From Fidelibacterota bacterium (GTDB lineage Bacteria > Fidelibacterota > UBA8477 > JABMPR01), in contig JABIFX010000077.1 in NCBI GenBank assembly GCA_018650445.1, forward strand, positions 23,476 through 87,475: a DNA stretch of 64,000 nt, read 5' to 3'. Of the stretch, positions 1 through 9,800 are shown in pieces. The notes below the pieces were generated by a model. That model did no database searches and had not been told where the DNA came from. It worked only from the letters and a program-made list of their open reading frames with translations. Position 1 is the stretch's first letter. Each line of letters begins with the position of its first letter. The translations under genes were made by a program, and so were the position numbers.

Positions 1-2756
1 TGAGAGTGCGGCATTACGATCTGGTGATCACGATGACACGTATCTCCGATATGAATCCATTTGAGCTTGGGCGCAAGATCAAAAAGAAGCACGAATCCAT
101 TCCAGTCATTTTGCTGGCCTCGAATCGTCGAGAATATAAGTGGGCCACACAAAGAGTTGATAGTCTCGAGGGTATTGATAAAACGTTTATCTGGCATGGC
201 GATTCAAACATCTTCACCACGATCGTGAAATACATTGAAGACCGGATGAATGCTCCCCGAGATATTCTCAAAGGTGGAGCCCGTGCCATTATCGTGGTTG
301 AGGACTCTCCCAAATACTATTCCATCTTTTTACCCATGCTATATAGCGTGATCATCAACACGACTCAAAAATTGATGAAACATGAATATACTGACGAATT
401 GCGTTTGTTCAGAATGCGATCGAGACCAAAAATCCTGCTGGCATCCACTTTTGAAGAAGCCACGGAATTGTATCGATTGTATAAGAATAATCTCCTGGCT
501 GTTATTTCAGATGTGCGTTATCCACGTCATGGTGTACTGGATCCAAAAGCAGGCGCAAAGTTCATAAAAATTGTTCAAAAGAAAAACACCAGCATGCCCA
601 TTATCATGCAATCTATGGAAGGCAGTAACGAAAAGACTGCCAAGGAGTTAGGCGCCTATTTCATAGCCAAATATTCTCCCCAACTAATTAAAAGTTTACA
701 GGATTTTGTTATCAAGCATTGTGGTTTTGGTGATCTGGTATTTAGTACCAGAGAGGGAAAAACCATTACGAAAATTCGACATCTAAATGCCCTAAACGCT
801 GCTCTGGAATCTGTTCCAATTCAGAGCATTGAATACCATGCACGACGAGATCATTTCTCAAACTGGTTGGCTGTTCGAGGATACTTTGATCTTGCTGATT
901 TTCTTAAACCAGTAAATATTGAGGATTTTGAAGACCCAGAAGATTTTCGCAAGATTTTACTGGATGCCATTGAACGACAACGAGTCCTTCAACATTTTGA
1001 CAATATTGGTTACTTCGATGTAGACACTTATGATCCAAAGATCACTGCCGTTAGAATAGGTAGCGGATCCATCGGAGGTAAAGCCAGGGGATTGGCTTTC
1101 CTCACCGCCCATAAGCGTCGCTTCGATTTCTCACAAAAATATCCTGAAATTAAGGTAGGCGTCCCCCAGTTCGCTGTTATAGCTACGGACATTTACGATA
1201 GATTTCTAGATATTAATAAGTTACGACTCAAGGCATTGGAAGCTGAATCCAACGAAGAGGTCGACGATCTTTTCCGAAAAGCTGTTTTCCCAGGCAATTT
1301 TACAGATCAGCTCCATAGCTACTTGGGACACCATGCCGGTCCCCTGGCTGTAAGATCATCCAGTCTGTTGGAGGATTCTCTGTTTCAGCCTTTTGCAGGG
1401 ATATATAGTACCTATATGCTGCCCAACTGTGCTCCAGCCCTTGACACCCGGGTCTTCCAATTACTAGAAGCCATCAAGCTTGTGTATGCCTCTGGATTCC
1501 ATAGAGAAGCCATTGCTTATCTTAAATCAACTGGCAACCGGCCTGAGGATGAAAAGATGGCAGTGGTTATCCAACATCTTTGTGGTCGGAAGCATGGTGA
1601 TTATTATTACCCCAGTTTTTCCGGGGTATTACAAACTCTCAATTACTACCCCCAGGGTGCTATGAAGCGTGAAGAGGGTATGGCAACCATGGCTCTCGGT
1701 TTGGGTCGTACGGTTGTTAATGGTGAAAAGGCACTAAAATTCAGTCCTAAAAGACCCAATGTACAGCCTCAATTTTATGATGAAAAATCCATTTTAAAAA
1801 ACAGTCAGAATCACTTCTACGCATTGGATACAACGCATTGCGAATTACCCCTGGAGAGTGGTGAAAGTTCGAATCTAATGCAGCTCGATCTAAAAACTGC
1901 TGAGGAGCATGGTAGCCTGGACCAGATTGCCAGTGTGTATTCATTCCAGGATGGTCGTTTTCGAGATAGCTTGTTTGAAGCGGGTCCTCGCATTATCACC
2001 TTTGCCAATATACTAAAATGGAAATCCCTGCCTCTGGCGAATATGCTCAGCGATTTGATGGATTTTGGAAAATTGGGAATGGGTTGTGAGGTTGAAATGG
2101 AATTCGCGGTGAATTTACCTGAAAAATCAGATGATCCAGCAGAACTATCCATCTTACAAATAAGACCAATGGTCACTTTTGAACGCCCCCATGTCGTTGA
2201 CATTACCCATGCTGAGAAGCAAGATGAACTTTTTCATAGTGAAATTTGTTTGGGAAATGGTGACAATGTTGAGATACATGATTTGATATACATCGATATT
2301 GACAAATTCGAGATACTAAAGAGTCGGCAAATTGCTGAAGAAATCAGAGTAATGAACCGTGAATTCAGCCCTGAGAAATCTTACATGCTCGTGGGTCCCG
2401 GTCGTTGGGGCACAGCCGATCCCCTGCTCGGCATCCCGGTTACCTGGAACTATATATCCAATGCCAGATCAATTATCGAAGTAGGATTACCAGAATTGTA
2501 TGTTGACCCTTCCTTTGGAAGTCATTTCTTCCAGAATATTACGTCTCTTGGGATCAGTTACTTCACCATTCCCCCAAGACTTCTATCTGAGAAAATGAAT
2601 TTGGACTGGTTTCAGAAGCAAAAACCTGCCAATGAGACCAAGTTTCTCAAACATTTTCATTTTGATGAACCCTTCATCATCCAGGTTGATGGTGTAAAGG
2701 GCGAAGGTCACATATGGAGGCCAGGATGCTGTGCATCCATGCGTGAGGACGCATAA
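1..2756 (+). CDS. Signalling protein: two response-regulator receiver (REC)-like domains fused to a PEP/pyruvate-binding ATP-grasp domain (pyruvate phosphate dikinase N-terminal type, PPDK_N); 5' end truncated by the window edge
   Basis: The reading frame is open to position 1 (track ORF 6..2756). REC-like motifs are SDMNPFELG...IPVILLAS and IIVVEDSP...ISDVRYP...MPIIMQS. The PPDK_N nucleotide-binding motif GSGSIGGKARGLAFL follows. Stop codon is TAA at 2754-2756. Confidence 0.7.
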   Translation, partial: RVRHYDLVITMTRISDMNPFELGRKIKKKHESIPVILLASNRREYKWATQRVDSLEGIDKTFIWHGDSNIFTTIVKYIEDRMNAPRDILKGGARAIIVVEDSPKYYSIFLPMLYSVIINTTQKLMKHEYTDELRLFRMRSRPKILLASTFEEATELYRLYKNNLLAVISDVRYPRHGVLDPKAGAKFIKIVQKKNTSMPIIMQSMEGSNEKTAKELGAYFIAKYSPQLIKSLQDFVIKHCGFGDLVFSTREGKTITKIRHLNALNAALESVPIQSIEYHARRDHFSNWLAVRGYFDLADFLKPVNIEDFEDPEDFRKILLDAIERQRVLQHFDNIGYFDVDTYDPKITAVRIGSGSIGGKARGLAFLTAHKRRFDFSQKYPEIKVGVPQFAVIATDIYDRFLDINKLRLKALEAESNEEVDDLFRKAVFPGNFTDQLHSYLGHHAGPLAVRSSSLLEDSLFQPFAGIYSTYMLPNCAPALDTRVFQLLEAIKLVYASGFHREAIAYLKSTGNRPEDEKMAVVIQHLCGRKHGDYYYPSFSGVLQTLNYYPQGAMKREEGMATMALGLGRTVVNGEKALKFSPKRPNVQPQFYDEKSILKNSQNHFYALDTTHCELPLESGESSNLMQLDLKTAEEHGSLDQIASVYSFQDGRFRDSLFEAGPRIITFANILKWKSLPLANMLSDLMDFGKLGMGCEVEMEFAVNLPEKSDDPAELSILQIRPMVTFERPHVVDITHAEKQDELFHSEICLGNGDNVEIHDLIYIDIDKFEILKSRQIAEEIRVMNREFSPEKSYMLVGPGRWGTADPLLGIPVTWNYISNARSIIEVGLPELYVDPSFGSHFFQNITSLGISYFTIPPRLLSEKMNLDWFQKQKPANETKFLKHFHFDEPFIIQVDGVKGEGHIWRPGCCASMREDA

Positions 2757-2857
2757 TTTTTCTCCACTGATTATCATGGGTGACCATGGATTTGGCTTTG
2801 GTGAAAATTTGGGTATTAGATTCTTTTTCTAAACCTTAGCACACAATTATTAATAGG

Positions 2858-2885
2858 AAGCCCCGTTTTATGGACGGGCTTTTTA
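2858..2885 (+). terminator. Putative intrinsic terminator after the REC-PPDK_N gene (5-bp GC stem cccgt/acggg plus T-run)
   Basis: The sequence aagccccgttttatggacgggcttttt lies about 100 bp after the stop. The stem is short. Confidence 0.35.
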
Positions 2886-3061
2886 TCTACGCTATCCCTG
2901 GTCCTTGACGGAGTTGCCGTAATGTTAAGACTACGGAGGGATTCTTTTATTGAATTCCTGTATATCGGGGTTAGTATTAAGCAGGCATATACCTAGTGGG
3001 CTTTTCTCCATAAGGGTATAGTACTGAAATAGTTAGCTAAATTTATTTGTGAGGTCCCTTA

Positions 3062-4879
3062 GTGACAGATACAACACATAATTTCCATATACCCGTCATG
3101 GGAACTGGCCATTCAATCGACACCCCTATTCGGCTGGCCCATTTGGGAATCACTTCCGTGATATCCATCATTGATGATATCCTGTTGGAACGTCTGAGAA
3201 AATATTATACTGATAAATATGATTTACCATTCGAACGTATCACCCATCATGAAGAAGATGGACGAGCAAAACGAATAACCGCTTACCTGGATATGGTTCA
3301 GGACATTGTAGAAATGAAAATGGAAAATGTTCGCGCACTTCCCTTCTTCGAGAAAAATGAAAAATCTCGCTATTTCGAGTTGTTGCCTGATACCAGCTCT
3401 CTTAAAAAAAGCTACCACGATCTCATGGACACAAAACCAGGTGAACTGAGAGACAAATTTGCTAAGGAGTTATCTCGGAGGATGAAACCAGGTAGCATTG
3501 ATGTCAATATCATGGTCAAAGTGGATCGTATTGATCTTGATAAGCATGGGAAACCACTTGGTGAAGGTTTTTCCGATGGTAAGGCGGCCCTGCGAGGATA
3601 CGCAAAGAGCAAGCTTGATTCAGCCATGGTTTTTTCAGCTGGAATCAATCAGAGTCTTTATGGATACATGACGAAATATCAAGATTTTTATCGTGATCAA
3701 CAGGGTGAAATTAAAAAGAAGATCGTGCTTAAAGTGAGTGATTTCAGATCTGCCATGATTCAAGGTCGTTACATGGCTAAAAAGGGTCTGGAGATCTCAG
3801 AATTCAGAATTGAATCTGGATTGAATTGCGGAGGTCATGCTTTTGCGTCTCCTGGTCATTTATTACCTATTCTACTTCAAGATTTCAAAGATAAGCGTGC
3901 GGAGTTAGGGACTCAATTTCAACCTATCATAAAACGCTTCTATGATAAAATGGAGTGGGAATATCCTGAAAATCTCGAGCATCATCCTGAGATAACTGTT
4001 CAGGGTGGTATTGGTAACCATGGTGAGGTTCAAAGATTAGAAAAAGATTTTGGTATGGACCGCACAGGCTGGGCAAGTCCCTTCCTTTTGGTTCCTGAAG
4101 CCACTCCAATTGATACTATGACACGTTTACAATTAATGAATTCCACTGATGATAGTCTCTATCTGAGTGGTGCATCTCCCCTGGGCGTACCCTTCAACAA
4201 TTTGAAAGATTCCGGCTCAGAAAAATGGTCCAAAAAACGTTATGAGCAGGGGAAACCAGGTTCAGCCTGCCCCAAGGGTTTCTTGGTTTCGAATACTGAG
4301 TTTACTGAACTTCCCATTTGCACTGCATCTTCTGAATATATGACGCCAAAGCTTGCTGAAATTGAAGCAGACTTTGTACCTGGACCTGAAAAAGATGAAG
4401 CTATCAATAGGGTTCTCGCCAAAGCTTGCCTGTGTGAACATCTAGGCAATGGAGCACTCATCAGTCTGGGGATTGTTCCTGCTAAAAGATCACCTCAGGC
4501 CATCTGTCCAGGACCAAATCTTTCCTGGTTTAATCGGAATTATTCTCTGGAAGAAATGGTGGATCAAATCTATGGTCGAGGCAAGGAATTGCTTTCATCA
4601 GATCGTCCCCACATGTTTGCCAAAGAGATTCAACTCTATGTTGATCACTTCCGGTCGCGTATTCAGGAAACAATGGGACCCAAGGAGTATCCTTCCCTCC
4701 ATGCTTTCTATGACAATATGATCAAGGGTTTTGAATACTGCAAAACCATCTCTACGGGGCATTCCTATCCAGGAGAGAACCTACCCTCACTGAGTGAAGC
4801 GATCGAAAAGCAGGGTCGACGTCTGGAGGAAATCTACAATGCCTTTAAATCAAAGATCAGCACTGAAGTATCTGCCTAA
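3062..4879 (+). CDS. Hypothetical 605-aa protein with a putative FMN-dependent TIM-barrel oxidoreductase fold (nitronate monooxygenase / FabK / PfaD-like, weak) plus a ~250-aa C-terminal extension
   Basis: GTG start with GAGGT 6 nt upstream. The N-terminal motif HIPVMGTGHSIDTPIRLAHLGITSVIS resembles the NMO/FabK motif PIIqapMagvs..LaaAvsnAGglG. Later motifs are ESGLNCGGHAF and VQGGIGNHGEV...GWASPFLL (compare GGI..g..aa...GA.gv.mGt.fl). Confidence 0.45.
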   Translation: MTDTTHNFHIPVMGTGHSIDTPIRLAHLGITSVISIIDDILLERLRKYYTDKYDLPFERITHHEEDGRAKRITAYLDMVQDIVEMKMENVRALPFFEKNEKSRYFELLPDTSSLKKSYHDLMDTKPGELRDKFAKELSRRMKPGSIDVNIMVKVDRIDLDKHGKPLGEGFSDGKAALRGYAKSKLDSAMVFSAGINQSLYGYMTKYQDFYRDQQGEIKKKIVLKVSDFRSAMIQGRYMAKKGLEISEFRIESGLNCGGHAFASPGHLLPILLQDFKDKRAELGTQFQPIIKRFYDKMEWEYPENLEHHPEITVQGGIGNHGEVQRLEKDFGMDRTGWASPFLLVPEATPIDTMTRLQLMNSTDDSLYLSGASPLGVPFNNLKDSGSEKWSKKRYEQGKPGSACPKGFLVSNTEFTELPICTASSEYMTPKLAEIEADFVPGPEKDEAINRVLAKACLCEHLGNGALISLGIVPAKRSPQAICPGPNLSWFNRNYSLEEMVDQIYGRGKELLSSDRPHMFAKEIQLYVDHFRSRIQETMGPKEYPSLHAFYDNMIKGFEYCKTISTGHSYPGENLPSLSEAIEKQGRRLEEIYNAFKSKISTEVSA

Positions 4880-4887
4880 GGTTTAGC

Positions 4888-5165
4888 ATAATTAAAAAAA
4901 AGCGCGGTGGGCCCGCGTTTTCTATCTAATTGAAGTCAAATATCCTGGGCATAAAAAAAAGCGTGGTGGGCCCGCGTTTTCTATCTAATTGAAGTCAAAT
5001 ATCTTGGGCATAAAAAAAAGCGTGGTGGGCCCGCGTTTTCTATTTATTTGAAGTCAAATATTTTGGGCATAAAAAAAAGCGCGGTGGACCTGCGTTTTTC
5101 TATTTAATTGAAGTCAAATATCTTGGATAATAAAAAAGCGCGGTGGACCCGCGCTTTTTTTATCG
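4888..5165. repeat. Tandem array of about 4.7 copies of a ~59-bp unit, each containing an A-tract / GC-hairpin / T-tract (bidirectional intrinsic-terminator-like) element
   Basis: Unit is cataaaaaaaagcg[c/t]ggtgg[g/a]cc[c/t]gcgttttctat[c/t]taattgaagtcaaatat[c/t]ttggg, repeated at about 4888, 4950, 5009, 5068 and 5128. Hairpins are cgcgg-tgggc-ccgcg. Sequence variants keep pairing through G:U wobble in the RNA hairpin. The last copy has a perfect 6-bp stem and 7 T. Confidence 0.9.
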
Positions 5166-5187
5166 AACTTTTTAAGAGATGATGTGC

Positions 5188-6537
<1,350 letters not shown>

Positions 6538-6886
6538 CTAATAGTTGGATTTCAGTTCTCCTACTGCTCTCCTGATGCCGCATGTCAATAAATGCGAGCG
6601 AGACGCTAGTTACTGAATAATCCGATGTTTGTACCATTTTTTTCATTGTGCTGTTAGTGAGACAAATCTTGTGCCATTTATGTGAAATTTCGTGAAAATT
6701 GACAACGCGCGGATAATAATCTCTTTCGGATGAATTTCATCACATTTATTATGGAGTGCACGCCAAATACAGAATTATTCTAACGTATTTGAATTATTGC
6801 TTTCTTCAGCAGATGACGCCTAGCAATTAATTTGGAAGTCAAGATCAACAACCCTATGTTAAGAGCTAAAGGAGAATGCAATACCG

Positions 6887-9800
6887 GTGAAATATTCACT
6901 ACATGATCTGCTGGAAAATGTGGATAAGGATTCGCTTGAACAAGAATCTGCCCTGGTCCAATATTTTAAAGATTTGGAAACTCAATCCCCAGATGATCTG
7001 GGTACGTGGTGCCGTGATCTTCTTAAATATGGTAACAACATCCTGGCCGCAGGAAGTCGTAAAAGTCTAACATTTCTTTTAGAACAGGGCTGGAACCCCT
7101 CCTTCACCTCACTTATTAAGGCATCCCATATTCAAGATGAATGGTTTAAGCTCGAAATGGAGTTAGTGCGGAAGCTTAACTATACACCGGGTTATCTCTT
7201 TAATCGCAAGGCTGAACAGCTGGGAAATAAAGCTCTATTTAATTTTAAACAGGGTCGACAGTGGCAGCATCAATCCTGGTCTGCTGTTCAGCAGTCAGTC
7301 AATCATCTGGCGGCAGCCCTCATCGATCTCATGGGTAGCACCAGTCCCCGTATTGCCATCATTTCTGAAAATCGTCTGGAAGTCGCAATAACCGATATCG
7401 CATGCCTTACCCATGGATTTGTGAATGTTCCAATCCAACCCGCTGCTCCCCCAGCTCAAATTGCGTATATCCTGGCCCATGCTGAAATTGAAGGAATCTT
7501 TATTTCCGACTCCCAACATTTACGTTCTATTGAAAGTATCCTTCCTGATCTACCTGCGATTAAACACATCATTACATACAACAGTGTCGCTACGATCAAC
7601 CCAATGGTGAAATCCTATAAACGATTGCTCGATGAAGGGGGTTCAGCTGATGCCCTGGAATGGCTGGAGGGTATTCGACTTTCCGTCTCGCTCTCAAATA
7701 TCGCCAGTATTATGTATACCTCAGGTACTACGGGGTATCCAAAGGGCATTGTTTTCACTTATGAGAATATTGTTTCTAAACGGTTTGCACGAAGTCTCGC
7801 GCTTAATCTGGGCACAAAAGACCGTTTTCTTTGCTTTCTGCCCCTCTTCCACACATTTGGTAGATTTCTGGAGATGTGGGGCTCCATATTCTGGGGAGCT
7901 GAATACACCTTCTCCAGTGGGAAGGGGGTTCAGTCTCTCCTCAGCGATCTCAAAGCAATCAAACCTACTGTTCTGATCAGTATACCCAAACGCTGGCAGG
8001 ACATCTATGACAACATTGGTTCAAAAGTGGATTTCATCAACGATGAATCCACTACCATTGCACCTGTAGTTAAGGATGTTACAGGTGGATCACTCCAATG
8101 GGGGCTTTCTGCTGCTGGCTATCTACCCCCCGAGGTATTCAAGTTCTTTCAAGCCCATGATCTACATCTGCATAGTGGTTATGGTATGACGGAAGCCACA
8201 GGTGGAATCACCATGACGCCAACCGATGGATATATCGAAAACTCAGTGGGTGTTCCTCTGCCAGGGATGGAAATAAGACTAGCAGATGATGGTGAGCTCT
8301 GGATTCGAGGCGCCTATGTATCAGGTAGTTACTGGAATCCTGTTGATCCGGATGATCGTCCCGATGGGTGGTTCACTACAGGTGATATTTTTCAATCACT
8401 GGACAATGGCCAGATCGAAATTATTGATCGAAAAAAGGAAATCTACAAGAATGCCAAGGGTCAAACTATTGCCCCTCAGAAAATTGAGAATATGTTCAGG
8501 GATTTTGACAGTATTCATCAACTCTTTATTGTGGGTGACCACATGCCTTACAACACAGCGCTTGTGAGGTTGAATAAGAAGCACAAAGATCTTAGGGATA
8601 TTTGGTCAGATAAGCAGAGAGTTCGCGATTATGTAGCTAATGTCATTCACTCTGTGAACTCCTTTTTGGCTCCCTTTGAGAGAATTGTGGCTTTTCGACA
8701 GGTCGATCGAAATTTTGATAAAGATTTAGGTGAATTGACTGAAAAGGGAACCTTTAAGCGTGCCTCCATCCTGGAGCATTTTAAGGATACGGTAGAATCA
8801 CTTTATGAACGATCTTATAAATCCTTCTTTATGGAGGACCTTGAAATCCAAATCCCTAACTGGGTCTTTTTGCAGCGAGGTTGGACACAAAATGATCTGG
8901 TTTTTAAAGACCATATTCTCAGGCATAGGAATAAACGACATACGTTGAGAATAGAACCAGGCAAGGATGAGATTAGAATCGGTGCATTTTTCTATCAATT
9001 CCAGGGAAAAATACTCCAATTTGAAGATTTCATAAGACAACCCGCCTATTGTATAGGGAACCAGGAGTTAGAGGAATTTCTAGATTACTCTCATTTGAGA
9101 ATCAAACCCATCAACTTGAAGCCCACCCTCCTACCCGGCACCTGGACAGATCTTGAATTTTCCAACAAAGCTAAATTACAGGCCGAAGCTGAAGTCGAGA
9201 AGGCCTTGAAACATTCAGATTATTCGCTGGAAGCATTAAAACCGGTCATCATGTTGGTCTACTCTCAAACTCTCCATCCCTCTCAGCCAGGCTATCGATT
9301 GCTGAACCGGATATATTCAAATTCAAATGAAAGTATTCGACATATAGTCAGGTATGCTTTCCTGCGCCTTATTCGTTCTGATGATCTGGTGCAGGCGCAA
9401 TTTGCTGTTGAGCAGGTTGTTGCTCTTTTCCCAGCCAATGATCTGGAAAGAATAGTCACCTACGCCCTGGGCAGAAAGGTACTCTTTAACCTGGACACAG
9501 GAAGTTTATCCTGGTCCAATATCAATATTCACAAGGTCAAGATGGCTGCCGATTATTTAAAATGGCTGTCATATCAAGAAGCCCAGGCTGAAAAATCCTC
9601 AATCCTATTTGAAAATGCTCTTGGTGTTCTGTATTCATGGTCAAAACAGTTCCCTCAATATTATACCACAATCAGAACGGCCATGATTAGCTCGAGTGTC
9701 AACCTGCCGGTGAAAAGTATAATCTCAAAGGAAATCCTCAAAATCTATGCAGCGCTGAATGATGATTTTTCCAAGTCCATGCAGGATATGGACCCAGAGA

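Noticed and set aside
4888-5165. Considered whether the regularly spaced ~59-bp repeats are a CRISPR array
   Set aside because: The units are directly contiguous, with no unique spacers between them. Each contains an A-tract/hairpin/T-tract terminator, and the whole AT-rich remainder is repeated as well. No cas genes are anywhere in the window. It is a tandem repeat, not repeat-spacer architecture.
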